Assembly (NCBI GenBank): GCA_964560425.1
Contig: CAZLLE010000017.1
Coordinates: forward strand, 9,084-73,083
DNA: 64,000 bases
From: an uncultured Campylobacterales bacterium
GTDB lineage: Bacteria > Campylobacterota > Campylobacteria > Campylobacterales > QNZT01
Direction of reading: 5' to 3'
The notes under the pieces are model-generated. The model was not told the origin of the DNA, ran no database searches, and was given only the letters and a program-made list of their open reading frames with translations. Made by a program: the position numbers and the translations under genes. This document shows, piece after piece, positions 1 to 10,423 of this stretch. The first letter of the stretch is position 1. Each line of letters opens with the position of its first letter.

Positions 1-285
1 ATTAAAAAGATGATAAAAGAGGCAGATATTTCACCCATAAAAATCAAAGAGGAGATAAATATCTATTATGTAGCAGCCACAAGAGTAAAAAATGCTATCT
101 CTCTAGCTAGTTTTGATGAGAATATTTTTGAAAAACCAGAACCTCAAATAGAAGTAAAAACAAAATCAACAAAAAAAGATATAAAAGTTCCAATTCAAAA
201 TAGATTTGGAAGATTTAAACAAAGATATAGCTCTCATAGACCACAACAAAAACTAGATAGTTGGCTTAAAGATAATGGGTATTAG
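1..285 (+). CDS. 3' end of a superfamily-1 (UvrD/RecD-like) helicase gene, truncated by the window edge
   Basis: The frame is open from base 1. The peptide contains IYYVAATRVKNAISL, resembling SF1 helicase motif VI (YVAxTRAk), followed by a Lys-rich tail. Confidence 0.5.
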   Translation: MKKMIKEADISPIKIKEEINIYYVAATRVKNAISLASFDENIFEKPEPQIEVKTKSTKKDIKVPIQNRFGRFKQRYSSHRPQQKLDSWLKDNGY

Positions 286-313
286 ATATACTTAGAAAAA
301 AACTAGGAAAAAG

Positions 314-808
314 ATGAATTTTCATAAATTAGAAAAAGAGACAAAAGAGAAACTACATAAAGATCTATTATCAAATGCCATGAGTATAGGAGGGAAAAAT
401 ACTTTTCTTCAACTTATAGAGGATATAAGAGCCATTGAAGAGGAACCACTTCTTACAAAAATAAGAGTGCTAAGCTATGCAAAAGGAAAAATAAAGTGGA
501 ATAAATCTATCTATAAAGATAACCATATTCTACTCTTAGAAGCTATCAAAAAAGAGGAAAAAGATGGAAATATTCTTGAGGGATTAACACCAAAAAAACA
601 AAAATCTATAATAAATATGTTAAAGACACTAAACCCACTCACTTTTACAGTAAAACCAAAAAATCAAAATGATGGTGTAGGTTTTACATTTAAGGTTATT
701 GATTCTAGAGATAAAGAGAATAGTAAAATTGACATGATGTTTAAAATCATCTTTTTCTATAATATAGATTTTGCAAAACAAGTTCTCAAATATGAGATTA
801 AGGATTAA
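314..808 (+). CDS. hypothetical protein (164 aa)
   Basis: Long ORF starting 29 nt after the helicase gene on the same strand. It is Lys/Glu-rich and has no motif I recognise. Confidence 0.45.
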   Translation: MNFHKLEKETKEKLHKDLLSNAMSIGGKNTFLQLIEDIRAIEEEPLLTKIRVLSYAKGKIKWNKSIYKDNHILLLEAIKKEEKDGNILEGLTPKKQKSIINMLKTLNPLTFTVKPKNQNDGVGFTFKVIDSRDKENSKIDMMFKIIFFYNIDFAKQVLKYEIKD

Positions 809-852
809 CTTTCAAATGATATAATCATCAAAAAATTCATAGGAAAAAATAG

Positions 853-1290
853 ATGTTAAAAAAAATCATACTCTCGATAATATTGTTACAAAGTTTTTTA
901 CTTGCAGATTTCAAAAATATAAAATCTTCAGAATTAGAAACATTAATCAAAAAAGGTATCGTTGTTATTGATATTAGAACTCCAGCAGAGTGGAAAGAGA
1001 CAGGAGTAGTTCCTACAAGTAAAAAAATCATGTTTTTTGATGAACAAGGCAACTATAACATTCAAAAGTGGATGAGTGCTTTTACAAAAGTAGTAACAGA
1101 TAAAAATCAACCTTTTGTACTTGTATGTAGAAGTGGGAGTAGAACTAAAGTAGTTGGAAGTTTTTTGGCAAATGAGCTAGGATATACTAAAGTCAAAGAT
1201 TTGGGCAAAGGTATTATGTATGATTGGAAAAATATAGGTAAAAAAGTGGTTTTTGATAAATCACAAAAACCACCTATGCAGATAAATTAA
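853..1290 (+). CDS. secreted rhodanese-domain sulfurtransferase
   Basis: N-terminal signal-like segment ([18 protein letters not shown]). Rhodanese active-site loop CRSGSRT, preceded by the typical IDIRTPAEW block. Confidence 0.8.
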   Translation: MLKKIILSIILLQSFLLADFKNIKSSELETLIKKGIVVIDIRTPAEWKETGVVPTSKKIMFFDEQGNYNIQKWMSAFTKVVTDKNQPFVLVCRSGSRTKVVGSFLANELGYTKVKDLGKGIMYDWKNIGKKVVFDKSQKPPMQIN

Positions 1291-2144
1291 TATCTATTAT
1301 ATAAAGAGCGACTACTTTTAAGCTCTTCTAATCTCATAATTCTATCTTCTGTACTTGGATGAGTAGAGAAGAGAGATTTAAAAGATAGATCTTTTCCTGT
1401 AAGAGGATTGATAATAAACATATGAGAGGTCTCAGGAGTTGCATCATGAAGAGTTCCCCTTCTAGCATAACTATCGAGTTTTGATAGTGCAGATTGGAGC
1501 CATTCAGGATGTCCTGTAAGTTTTGCAGCACCCTCATCTGCTAAATACTCTCTATTTCTACTTACTGCCATCTGAATAATTGAAGCTACAATAGGTGTAA
1601 CCAGCATCAAAACCATCATGACAATAGGATTTGGACGATTCTCTCTACTTCCACCAAACATATACATAAAATTTGAGAGCATAGCAATTGCTCCAGCTAA
1701 AGTTGCGGCAATTGTACCAATCAAAATATCATAATGTTTCACATGACTCATCTCATGAGCCAAAACACCCTCAACCTCATGATCATCAAGCAGATCAAGC
1801 AATCCCTCAGTTACAGCTACGGCAGCATGAGAGTGATTTCGTCCTGTTGCAAAAGCATTTGGTATGCGATCAGGAATAATATAGACTTTTGGCACAGGAA
1901 CACCAGCTTTTTTAGATAATCTCTTTACCATAGCATAAAGACCTCTAGCACTTCTCTCATCTACTTCTATTGCATGGTAGTGTTTTAAAACCAATTTATC
2001 AGAATTAAAATAGCTAAAAAAGTTCATACCTACAGCAATAATAAAGGCAATTACCATACCTTGAGTTCCACCAAGCATACCACCTACCCAAATAAAAAAT
2101 AGTGTCATAAGTGTTAATAAAAAAAATGTTTTAAAAACTTCCAT
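1287..2144 (-). CDS. htpX: zinc metalloprotease HtpX (M48 family)
   Basis: HEMSH zinc motif, four hydrophobic segments, and a length and layout typical of HtpX. Confidence 0.9.
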   Translation of the reverse strand: MEVFKTFFLLTLMTLFFIWVGGMLGGTQGMVIAFIIAVGMNFFSYFNSDKLVLKHYHAIEVDERSARGLYAMVKRLSKKAGVPVPKVYIIPDRIPNAFATGRNHSHAAVAVTEGLLDLLDDHEVEGVLAHEMSHVKHYDILIGTIAATLAGAIAMLSNFMYMFGGSRENRPNPIVMMVLMLVTPIVASIIQMAVSRNREYLADEGAAKLTGHPEWLQSALSKLDSYARRGTLHDATPETSHMFIINPLTGKDLSFKSLFSTHPSTEDRIMRLEELKSSRSLYNRY

Positions 2145-2526
2145 TCATAACTCCTCTTTCAAATAATATACCATCTATCCCACGATCAGCAGCCCATATC
2201 ATGCTCTTTTCATTTTCAATTAGCAGAATAATTTTCATATCAAAAAGATAATTGTCTGCCAATTTTTGAGCTTTTTTTACAAGTTTTTGGGAATCACTCA
2301 CAAGATAAGAAGCTCCAATAGCTGAAGCAAAAACTATCTCCTTTTTTTTCCTAACACCCAAACCAAACACTACACCATTAGAAGAACAATATTTGCATAA
2401 ATCAAGATTATTCTCTGAAAAAAGAATCAAAACATTAGAGTTTGGCGGAGTTTTTTTAATATCCTCAATAGAATCTACACAATAAAATGGCGTAGAATCT
2501 ATCCATCTATGCCCAATAATTATCAT
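2131..2526 (-). CDS. hypothetical protein
   Basis: ORF whose internal ATG at 2526 overlaps the upstream stop in an ATGA junction. The longer 2553 start would overlap the upstream gene by 31 nt. Confidence 0.5.
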   Translation of the reverse strand: MIIIGHRWIDSTPFYCVDSIEDIKKTPPNSNVLILFSENNLDLCKYCSSNGVVFGLGVRKKKEIVFASAIGASYLVSDSQKLVKKAQKLADNYLFDMKIILLIENEKSMIWAADRGIDGILFERGVMNGSF

Positions 2527-2738
2527 ATCAAAGAGGCACACTCTTTTGAGCAATAAAACTTACCATCTTTGATAATAGCCTCTTCACTACTCACATAAGC
2601 ACCACATTTGGCACATTCCAACATTGTTTCGCTATCTATATTCTCTTGTTTACTCTTTTTTTGTATTGCTGGTTTTTTGAATAAAACAAAATATATAGCA
2701 TAAACAATGAGAGCTACAATTACCAATTTTATTATCAT
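2523..2738 (-). CDS. small membrane-anchored Cys4 (zinc-ribbon-like) protein
   Basis: N-terminal TM helix, then CAKCGAYV...FYCSKEC (CxxC...CxxxC). The start overlaps the rsmG stop. Confidence 0.6.
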   Translation of the reverse strand: MIIKLVIVALIVYAIYFVLFKKPAIQKKSKQENIDSETMLECAKCGAYVSSEEAIIKDGKFYCSKECASLI

Positions 2739-3268
2739 CTATTCCCCTTTATATATAAATAGTATCGTTTATCTCTTTTAATAATTTCATAATTCATATC
2801 TTTTGAAACTTCATTAAAGACATTTTCACCCTTGTAAAAAAGTATTTCTGTCCTATTTGTGATAAACGATTTTGCCAAATCAAGTAACATGTCAGTTTTG
2901 GCAACAGCTCTTGAAGTGATTAAATCTGCTTCAAATGGCTCAATATCTTCCACTCTTTCAGTCAAAATTGTAACATTTTGAAGATCATAAGTTGATTTTA
3001 CAAGATGTAAAAATGCTGTTCTCTTCATAAGAGGTTCAACCAAAGTAAAATGAATATCAGGCAAAGCAATAGCCAAAATCATACCAGGAAATCCCGCCCC
3101 AGTACCTATATCGACCACCTCTTTAATATTAGTAAGATCTAAAAAGCCCAATGGATAGAGAGAATCTTCTATATTTTTTTCCACCTCTTGAATATTTTTA
3201 GCACCTGAGAGTCTATGTACTTTGTTGTATTTTAGAAGTAAATCTGTATATTGTTTAAACTTTTTCAT
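2735..3268 (-). CDS. rsmG: 16S rRNA (guanine527-N7)-methyltransferase RsmG/GidB
   Basis: SAM-binding block VVDIGTGAGFPGMILAI, plus a size and N-terminal region typical of GidB. Confidence 0.85.
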   Translation of the reverse strand: MKKFKQYTDLLLKYNKVHRLSGAKNIQEVEKNIEDSLYPLGFLDLTNIKEVVDIGTGAGFPGMILAIALPDIHFTLVEPLMKRTAFLHLVKSTYDLQNVTILTERVEDIEPFEADLITSRAVAKTDMLLDLAKSFITNRTEILFYKGENVFNEVSKDMNYEIIKRDKRYYLYIKGNR

Positions 3269-3832
3269 CTAAAAAAGATGCCCCATTTTCTCTTTTTTGA
3301 CTGCCAAATAGTTTTCATTATGTTTATTAAGTCCTTGAATAATAGGCAACCTCTCAACAATATCTACCCCCTCTAAACTCTCTATTTTTTTGGGATTATT
3401 GGTAAGCAATCTAATCTTTTTAATACCAAAATAATCAAGAATAAACTCAACCATCTCATAAGTTCGCTCATCTGCATCAAAACCCAACTGATGATTTGCC
3501 TCTACAGTATCGTAACCTTTATCTTGTAGAGCATAAGCATTTATCTTATTTAAAAGTCCAATATTACGCCCCTCTTGACGCAAATATATAACAAGTCCTC
3601 CATCCTTTTCAATACTCTCTAAAGCAAATTCTAATTGATCCCTACAATCACATTTCAAACTTCCAATTGCATCACCAGTTAAACACTCACTATGTACCCT
3701 AACTATAGGAACATCTCCAAATGGTTCTTTAAAAATCACCAAATGTTCCTTCTCTCCCTCTTTAAAAGATTGCACTCTAAAATCCCCAAAACGAGATGGT
3801 AATTTGGCAACCTCTGAAATTTCAATTTTCAT
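3269..3832 (-). CDS. ribA: GTP cyclohydrolase II
   Basis: [21 protein letters not shown] zinc/catalytic block and the [11 protein letters not shown] motif. Confidence 0.9.
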   Translation of the reverse strand: MKIEISEVAKLPSRFGDFRVQSFKEGEKEHLVIFKEPFGDVPIVRVHSECLTGDAIGSLKCDCRDQLEFALESIEKDGGLVIYLRQEGRNIGLLNKINAYALQDKGYDTVEANHQLGFDADERTYEMVEFILDYFGIKKIRLLTNNPKKIESLEGVDIVERLPIIQGLNKHNENYLAVKKEKMGHLF

Positions 3833-3894
3833 ATTATAAACTCTTGCATGATAAAATAAGTAAAAATGATTTTAACACAATAAAGGTAAATAGC

Positions 3895-4866
3895 ATGTTT
3901 AAAAGATTTCGTCGATTAAGAATGAACAAAACACTTAGAAATTTAGTCGAGGAGACAAAACTATCTGTAGATGATTTTATCTACCCTCTTTTTATAAAAG
4001 AGAGTGGAGAAAAGTATAAAAAAGAGATCGACTCTATGCCTGGAGTTTTCCAAATGAGTATAGATGTAGCAATCAAAGAGATAGATGAACTAAAAGAGTT
4101 GGGTATCTACTCAATCATACTTTTTGGTATTCCAAAAACAAAAGATAGCATAGGAAGTGACGCTCTATGCGAACATGGACTCATGAGTCAAAGTGTCAAA
4201 GCTATCAAAGAGGCTCACCCAGATATATTTGTAGTAACTGATCTATGTTTTTGTGAATATACAGATCATGGACATTGTGGAATCTTAGATATTCCAAATG
4301 AGAGTGTAAATAATGATGCAACACTAGAAATTTTAGCCCAACAAGCAATTATTCATGCTAGAGCAGGAGCAGACATGATCGCCCCTAGTGGAATGATGGA
4401 TGGAATGATTAGTTCACTTAGAGATGCACTAGATAAAGAGGGGTTTATAAATCTACCAATCATGAGCTACTCCACTAAATTTGCTTCCGCATACTATGGA
4501 CCTTTTAGAGATGTAGCAGAATCAAGCCCAAGCTTTGGTGATAGAAAAACATATCAAATGAACCCTGCAAATAGAAGAGAAGCTATATCCGAAAGTATAG
4601 AAGATGAAAAAGAGGGAGCTGATATATTAATGATAAAACCAGCCCTAGCCTACATGGATATCATAAGAGATGTAAGAGAAAATACATCTCTACCCCTAGC
4701 TGTATATAATGTAAGTGGAGAGTATGCCATGTTAAAAGCAGCCCAAAAAGCAAACCTCATCGACTATGATAGAGTCATGATGGAGACACTTTTGGGATTT
4801 AAGAGAGCAGGTGCAGATATAATCATCACCTATCATGCAAAAGAGGCAGCTAAACTTTTAACTTAA
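3895..4866 (+). CDS. hemB: porphobilinogen synthase (delta-aminolevulinate dehydratase)
   Basis: Typical N-terminus [18 protein letters not shown] and the catalytic region [13 protein letters not shown] chose the internal ATG at 3895 because the 3796 start would overlap ribA. Confidence 0.92.
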   Translation: MFKRFRRLRMNKTLRNLVEETKLSVDDFIYPLFIKESGEKYKKEIDSMPGVFQMSIDVAIKEIDELKELGIYSIILFGIPKTKDSIGSDALCEHGLMSQSVKAIKEAHPDIFVVTDLCFCEYTDHGHCGILDIPNESVNNDATLEILAQQAIIHARAGADMIAPSGMMDGMISSLRDALDKEGFINLPIMSYSTKFASAYYGPFRDVAESSPSFGDRKTYQMNPANRREAISESIEDEKEGADILMIKPALAYMDIIRDVRENTSLPLAVYNVSGEYAMLKAAQKANLIDYDRVMMETLLGFKRAGADIIITYHAKEAAKLLT

Positions 4867-4874
4867 TCTATTTA

Positions 4875-4903
4875 TTGTATCAACATATTAAATGTTGATA
4901 CAA
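4875..4903. terminator. bidirectional intrinsic terminator hairpin
   Basis: Perfect 12-bp stem ttgtatcaacat / atgttgatacaa with a 5-nt loop, and T-rich sequence a few bases downstream. It lies between the convergent hemB and the permease gene. Confidence 0.7.
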
Positions 4904-4938
4904 GTAAATTTTTTAAAGTTGGTTTTTATATATGTTTT

Positions 4939-5460
4939 TTAACTTTTAGTAGTTGTACTATTTTCCCTAAAACTATTTATCGAATCTATTATCTTCCCTT
5001 GAATGATGGCAAAAATAAGAGTATAAAATGTCATGGATATTGTAAATACAACTCCAAACATATCCACCATAAAAGGCAAAAGAGGTAGTTTTACAGCTCG
5101 TGCATAGAGAAAAGTAGCGATTAATCCATCTCTAAGACCAGAAGAGCGCATATCTTCAAGCATTCCATACCATGCATACATTGGACCATGACTAATCACA
5201 CCGCCAAGAAGTGTATAAAATAACCCTTTAGCTCCACTATCTTTTCCAAAATATTTCATAATCTGTTTTGGTTTTAATATATAATTAATCAATGCAGTCA
5301 AACCAATAATAAGTATAAAAATTGGTATTAATTTTAAAAATATCATACCACTTTTTTGCAATGCAACTAAACTATTTTGATTATCAAATATAAGGAGTAA
5401 TATATAAACAATAATTACAACTATAAGAAATTTTACACCTTTTAGTTTCATCTGTTTCAT
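4939..5460 (-). CDS. small polytopic membrane protein, putative permease half (COG0701/DUF318-like)
   Basis: Four to five hydrophobic helices. Overlaps the upstream membrane gene by 4 nt (ATGA). The family assignment is from general resemblance only. Confidence 0.55.
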   Translation of the reverse strand: MKQMKLKGVKFLIVVIIVYILLLIFDNQNSLVALQKSGMIFLKLIPIFILIIGLTALINYILKPKQIMKYFGKDSGAKGLFYTLLGGVISHGPMYAWYGMLEDMRSSGLRDGLIATFLYARAVKLPLLPFMVDMFGVVFTISMTFYTLIFAIIQGKIIDSINSFRENSTTTKS

Positions 5461-5870
5461 GAAAACAACTTAACAGTAATAACACTCAAATAAGCAACTA
5501 AAATTGTACTAATAAGAGTCAAAATATTACGATAAAGTGTAAAACGCCCACCAAATACAGATGCCTCTGCTGGAATTTGAATAAACCCTAATGTAACCCA
5601 TGAAAGAATAAATGCACTTAGTGCATAAATAGATACACCCTGTTGCATCAATCCTTCTGCCACAATATAACTAATCATACCCTGCCCCACTGATATCGCT
5701 CCAGCAAATGTACCTGCAAAAACATCCAAAATATCACCATATCCAAAAAATGAAGAGAGCATATCAGGCGTAATATATATCTGCATCAATCCTACCAATC
5801 CAACAACACCTATCAACATAGGCATCATAGAGATAAAAGAGAGAAATGCTTTTTTTAGTGCTAATTTCAT
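5457..5870 (-). CDS. small polytopic membrane protein, putative permease half
   Basis: Four hydrophobic helices. Its start lies 3 nt downstream of the TsaA-like gene's stop and it is translationally coupled to the next gene. Confidence 0.55.
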   Translation of the reverse strand: MKLALKKAFLSFISMMPMLIGVVGLVGLMQIYITPDMLSSFFGYGDILDVFAGTFAGAISVGQGMISYIVAEGLMQQGVSIYALSAFILSWVTLGFIQIPAEASVFGGRFTLYRNILTLISTILVAYLSVITVKLFS

Positions 5871-5873
5871 ATC

Positions 5874-6368
5874 TTACTTCCATACAAATCTATCATCAGA
5901 TTTTTTCCTACTTACCTCATCTTTACTAGCCTTCATCCATCCTGAACGAACTTCACCTTCAACTTTATCAAAGTTTTCAATATATGGTTTTATATCCAAA
6001 AGAGGTGTACCATCCAAAATATCAACTCCTCTAATAGTGACAATATTTCCCTCTACTTTTATAAGCTCAACAACAGAGAGACCTATACTATTTGGGTGCA
6101 TTGGTGTTCTTGTCGAAAAGACTCCTCTTGGGGTATGTGTCATATCATTAAATGGAATTACACTCAATTTTGGCTCTTTTATTTCATGAAAGTAGTAGAT
6201 AAGATAGACATGACTAAAACCATCCAAATCTTTTAATCCATCTACAAATTCATCTTTAAATTCAATTGTGGCATAAGTATCTTTTGCCCCCTTTGGCTGT
6301 ACGGGCATATTGATTAATTCACAAAAAGGGGAATTAATTGTAGCAATTTGTGTTAATGTGATATTCAC
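5874..6368 (-). CDS. TsaA/YaeB (TrmO-like) SAM-binding domain protein
   Basis: GFSHVYLIYYFH...FSTRTPMHPNSIGLSVVELIKVEGN...GVDILDGTPLLDIKPY, characteristic of the TsaA-like beta-barrel domain. It has only the single domain (164 aa). Confidence 0.8.
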   Translation of the reverse strand: MNITLTQIATINSPFCELINMPVQPKGAKDTYATIEFKDEFVDGLKDLDGFSHVYLIYYFHEIKEPKLSVIPFNDMTHTPRGVFSTRTPMHPNSIGLSVVELIKVEGNIVTIRGVDILDGTPLLDIKPYIENFDKVEGEVRSGWMKASKDEVSRKKSDDRFVWK

Positions 6369-6382
6369 TTTTTTACCTAATC

Positions 6383-6673
6383 CTAATTATATTTTATAAT
6401 CGAAATAGCTTTATTATGCAATAAAGCATCCGCAATTTTTCTATGTGCACTCTCAATCAATCTTGAAAAGGTTGTTCTTGATATTCCCATTCTATCTGCA
6501 CACTCTTGTTGATATAATCCCTCAAAATCACTAAGTCTTATCGCTTCCATCTCGTCAATATCCAATACCATTCTCTCTAGAGAGTTTCTCCTTAGTCCAC
6601 ATGGCTTAAAACAGACTTTTGAATGATCTTTTTCAATATTTCTTGGAACTCTTTTTTTTCCAGAACCACTCAT
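6383..6673 (-). CDS. DUF134 (UPF0251) family putative DNA-binding protein
   Basis: KKRVPR...CFKPCG...LDIDEMEAIRLSDFEGLYQQECADRMGISRTTFSRLIESAHRKIADAL fits the DUF134 pattern. The start at 6673 has an AAGGA ribosome-binding site upstream. Confidence 0.7.
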   Translation of the reverse strand: MSGSGKKRVPRNIEKDHSKVCFKPCGLRRNSLERMVLDIDEMEAIRLSDFEGLYQQECADRMGISRTTFSRLIESAHRKIADALLHNKAISIIKYN

Positions 6674-6837
6674 AGAGATATCCTTTACAATTATATAAAT
6701 GAATTTTAACGAACATATGTTCATAAGTCAATATATAATAATAGACATATAATACTTGGAGTTAAGTTTTGGTTATATTAGGATATCATGGAAGCTTTTC
6801 TAATTTATACGCAAGAGAAGCGAACAAGGGATAAAAG

Positions 6838-7761
6838 GTGAGACACTTTTTGACACTACAAGATTTTACAAAAGATGAAATCTTAGAAATGGTAAATTTG
6901 GCATTTGAGATAAAACATGATCTTAAAAAGGGAGAAAAAAAAGATTATTTAAGAGGACAAACTCTTGGAATGATTTTTGAAAAAAGTTCAACAAGAACTA
7001 GAGTAAGTTTTGAGGTAGGTATGTTCCAACTTGGAGGACATGCACTATTTTTATCCTCAAAAGATATTCAACTCGGTCGCGGAGAACCTATGAAAGATAC
7101 GGCAAGAGTTATATCAAGAATGGTTGATATGATTATGATTCGTACATTTTCACACAAAGGGCTTGAGGAGTTTGCCTCTTTTTCAAAAGTACCAGTGATA
7201 AATGGACTCACAGACTCGTATCATCCAGTACAACTTATGGCAGATTACATGACAATAATAGAACATAAAAAAGATAAAAATCTAGTTGTTGCTTATATAG
7301 GTGATGGGAATAATATGGTTCACTCATGGCTAATGTTGGCTGCAAAACTTGGATTTGAATTAAGAATCGCTACACCAAAAGGGTGTGAAGTAGATAATAA
7401 AATTTTACAAGAGGCTTTGGAGATTGCCAAAACTTCTAATGCAAAAATAGTTGTCTCAAATAATCCCAAAGAGGCAGTAAAAGATGCAACAGTAGTAACC
7501 ACCGATACATGGATATCAATGGGGCAAGAGGATGAAAAAGAGCAGAAAGTAAAAGAGTTCAAAGGTTTTATTGTAGATAATGCACTCATGAGTTTAGCAC
7601 AAGAAAAAGCCATGTTTTTACATTGCCTTCCTGCTTATAGAGGATATGAAGTAAGTGAAGAAGTTTTTGAATCCCATGCAAATGAGATTTTTGAAGAGGC
7701 AGAAAACAGACTCCATGCACAAAAAGGTGTCATGGTATGGCTAGATAAAAATAGAAAATAA
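6838..7761 (+). CDS. argF: ornithine carbamoyltransferase
   Basis: STRTRVSFE carbamoyl-phosphate motif, HPVQ, and HCLPA motifs. GTG start. Confidence 0.9.
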   Translation: MRHFLTLQDFTKDEILEMVNLAFEIKHDLKKGEKKDYLRGQTLGMIFEKSSTRTRVSFEVGMFQLGGHALFLSSKDIQLGRGEPMKDTARVISRMVDMIMIRTFSHKGLEEFASFSKVPVINGLTDSYHPVQLMADYMTIIEHKKDKNLVVAYIGDGNNMVHSWLMLAAKLGFELRIATPKGCEVDNKILQEALEIAKTSNAKIVVSNNPKEAVKDATVVTTDTWISMGQEDEKEQKVKEFKGFIVDNALMSLAQEKAMFLHCLPAYRGYEVSEEVFESHANEIFEEAENRLHAQKGVMVWLDKNRK

Positions 7762-7776
7762 GGAAATATAAGTTTA

Positions 7777-9144
7777 ATGATCGACTTCAACAAGTTCACA
7801 AAATACTCAAAACCAGGACCTAGATATACAAGCTATCCAACAGCACTAGAATTTAGTGACTCATTTACAAAAGAGGCTTATCTACAAGAGCTAAAGGATC
7901 AAAAAAGTGATACCCCTCTATCTCTATATTTTCATCTTCCTTTTTGTAGATCTGCTTGTTATTTTTGTGGCTGTAATGTTGTTTTTACATCAAAAGAGGA
8001 CAAAAAAGAGAGATATATTAGTTATATAGAGAAAGAACTCAAAATTTTAGCTTCATATCTTGATACCTCTAGAGAGGTTATTCAGCTCCACTTTGGTGGC
8101 GGAACACCAACTTTTTTTGATGAAGTACAACTAAAAAGAGTAATTGATCTTATCAAATCTACTTTTCCAAATTTTAGAGATGATTCAGAGATAAGTTGTG
8201 AAATTGATCCAAGATTTTTCACCCCAAAACATATGAATGTCCTCAAAGAGGGTGGATTTAACCGTATAAGTTTTGGTGTGCAAGATTTTGATCCCAAAGT
8301 TCAAGAAGCAGTACACAGAATCCAACCTTTTGAAGTTACAAAAAAGGCTATTGATTTAGCAAGAAGTGGAGGAATAAAGTCTGTAAATGTTGATCTTATT
8401 TATGGTCTACCATTTCAAACATTTGAAACATTCAAAAAAACTCTAGCAGAAGCAAGAGAGTTGGACGCTGATCGTTTTGCAGTTTTTAATTACGCTCATG
8501 TTCCATGGCTCAAAAAAACTATGAGAAAAATAGATGAAACTACCCTTCCACACCCATCAGTAAAACTAAAAATATTAGAGTACACAATAGAATTTTTTGA
8601 GACTCATGGATATAAAATGGTAGGAATGGATCACTTTGCAAAACCAGAAGATGAGCTATTTTTGGCAATTGAAAAAGGTGAACTACATAGAAACTTCCAA
8701 GGATACACCACAAAAGGTGGAGCCGATCTAATTGGCGTAGGACTTACAAGTATTGGTGAAGGTGCTAGTTATTATGCACAAAATACCAAAGATATGAAAT
8801 CTTATGAAGCAGCAATTGATGCGGGTGAATTACCATTTGAGAAAGGTATCAAACTCAATCAAGATGATATTATCAGAAACTATGTAATTATGGAACTTAT
8901 GAGTAACTTCAAACTCAATATTTCAAGAGTTGAAGAGAAATTTGATATCAACTTCAAAGAGTATTTCAAAGATGCCCTAGATTCACTACAACCATTTGTA
9001 GATGAAGAGTTACTCACAATCACCGACACAGAGATCAAAGCTAGTCAAACAGGAACAATGCTTATAAGAAATATAGCTATGGCATTTGATGCTTACATGA
9101 AAAAATTATCTGATAATAGTAAAAGATTTAGTAAGACTATATAG
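7777..9144 (+). CDS. hemN: oxygen-independent coproporphyrinogen III oxidase (radical SAM)
   Basis: YFHLPFCRSACYFCGC radical-SAM cluster motif, GGGTPT, and a HemN-like length. Confidence 0.9.
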   Translation: MIDFNKFTKYSKPGPRYTSYPTALEFSDSFTKEAYLQELKDQKSDTPLSLYFHLPFCRSACYFCGCNVVFTSKEDKKERYISYIEKELKILASYLDTSREVIQLHFGGGTPTFFDEVQLKRVIDLIKSTFPNFRDDSEISCEIDPRFFTPKHMNVLKEGGFNRISFGVQDFDPKVQEAVHRIQPFEVTKKAIDLARSGGIKSVNVDLIYGLPFQTFETFKKTLAEARELDADRFAVFNYAHVPWLKKTMRKIDETTLPHPSVKLKILEYTIEFFETHGYKMVGMDHFAKPEDELFLAIEKGELHRNFQGYTTKGGADLIGVGLTSIGEGASYYAQNTKDMKSYEAAIDAGELPFEKGIKLNQDDIIRNYVIMELMSNFKLNISRVEEKFDINFKEYFKDALDSLQPFVDEELLTITDTEIKASQTGTMLIRNIAMAFDAYMKKLSDNSKRFSKTI

Positions 9145-10422
9145 ATGCAAATCAATGAAATATTTAACTACCAAGAGATAACAGAGGATTGTATAAAGTG
9201 TGGTAAATGTATACCCGTTTGTACAATTCACAATGTAAATAGCGATGAAGTCACCTCTCCAAGGGGTTTTATCGAGCTTTTGGGAGCTTATCAAAATGGT
9301 CATTTAGAGCTTGATAAAAATGCAAAAGATATCTTTGAGAGCTGTTTTTTGTGTACAAACTGTGTAGAAGTTTGTCCAAATAGCCTCCCTACTGATATGG
9401 TTATAGAGCAAGTACGAAATGATATTCGTAAAAAATTTGGTCTTGCATGGTATAAAAAAGCCTTCTTTTTTCTACTAAGACACCGTAAAATAATGGATTT
9501 TTTAGCAAAATTGGGTTATGTATTTCAAACATGCGGATTCAAAATCAAAGAGCAACAAAGCTCAATGGAATCAAGATTTTCATTTCCTATGGTCAAAAAA
9601 GGGAGACTTTTCCCATCTGTAAAAACCAAAACTTTTCTAAACTCTCATCCTGATATTATAGAAAATGGGGGAAAAGGAAAAATAGGTATCTTTATAGGTT
9701 GTCTTGGAAACTATACATATACAGATATTGGAAAATCCCTTTTAGAAATATTAAAAATATTAGAGATAGATGTATACCTCATCAAAAAACAGCTATGTTG
9801 TGGTGCTCCTGCATATTTTACAGGTGATTTTGATACGGTTGATTATTTAGCAAAACATAATATAGAGTATTTTGAATCTTTTATTGATGATTTAGATGCT
9901 ATTATCATTCCTGAAGCTACATGTTCAGCTATGATCAAAATTGATTATGCACACTTTTTTTATGATAAACTAGATTGGAAACAAAGAGCTCAAAATTTAA
10001 GCCAAAAAATATTCATGGCTACAGAGTGGCTAGATAAAAATACTACTCTTCAAGAGATTTTGGCAAAGAAAAAAAATCTTAAAGATACAATCACATATCA
10101 TGACCCCTGCCATGCAAGAAAAATGCAAGGAATCTATCAAGAGCCAAGAAACTTAATATCTCAAAACTATACCATTACAGAGATGTCAGATCCAAATAGA
10201 TGTTGTGGTTTTGGTGGTGTTACGATGCAAAGTGAAAAATTTCACCTAGCACATGCAGCAGGCCTACCAAAAGCAGCCATGATAAAAGATACCAAAGCTG
10301 ATATAGTAAGCTCTGAATGTAGTGCTTGTAGAATGCAAATTAGCAACTCTTTACATGACGCAAAAGTAGAGACTATATTCAAAAATCCAATAGAGCTAAT
10401 TGCAAAAGCACTAAGAGAATAA
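9145..10422 (+). CDS. Fe-S oxidoreductase, GlcF/GlpC-like (two 4Fe-4S motifs and two CCG domains)
   Basis: CIKCGKCIPVC and CFLCTNCVEVCP ferredoxin motifs, plus CCGAPAYF and CCGFGG cysteine-rich CCG motifs. Confidence 0.8.
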   Translation: MQINEIFNYQEITEDCIKCGKCIPVCTIHNVNSDEVTSPRGFIELLGAYQNGHLELDKNAKDIFESCFLCTNCVEVCPNSLPTDMVIEQVRNDIRKKFGLAWYKKAFFFLLRHRKIMDFLAKLGYVFQTCGFKIKEQQSSMESRFSFPMVKKGRLFPSVKTKTFLNSHPDIIENGGKGKIGIFIGCLGNYTYTDIGKSLLEILKILEIDVYLIKKQLCCGAPAYFTGDFDTVDYLAKHNIEYFESFIDDLDAIIIPEATCSAMIKIDYAHFFYDKLDWKQRAQNLSQKIFMATEWLDKNTTLQEILAKKKNLKDTITYHDPCHARKMQGIYQEPRNLISQNYTITEMSDPNRCCGFGGVTMQSEKFHLAHAAGLPKAAMIKDTKADIVSSECSACRMQISNSLHDAKVETIFKNPIELIAKALRE

Positions 10423-10423
10423 A

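Noticed and set aside
3796-3894. N-terminal extensions given by the ORF track for hemB, and likewise for murD (12980), gpmI (11929), mraY (11979), aqpZ (30413), the DUF134 gene (6724), the cytochrome (48155), the OMP (53943) and the four-module protein (29060)
   Set aside because: The extensions overlap upstream genes or lack ribosome-binding sites. Internal ATGs with good Shine-Dalgarno sequences give N-termini typical of the families.
7320-7613. Antisense or overlapping track ORFs within well-supported genes: 7320-7613, 8082-8297, 13132-13443, 17050-17280, 18870-19106, 19236-19550, 21133-21778, 22816-23070, 27000-27203, 37244-37591, 45085-45500, 45712-46363, 46837-47190, 47526-47771, 52826-53179, 58498-58704, 62220-62528
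   Set aside because: Each lies inside a gene with clear family motifs on the other strand or frame. All lack ribosome-binding sites and recognisable motifs, as expected for chance ORFs in AT-rich DNA.
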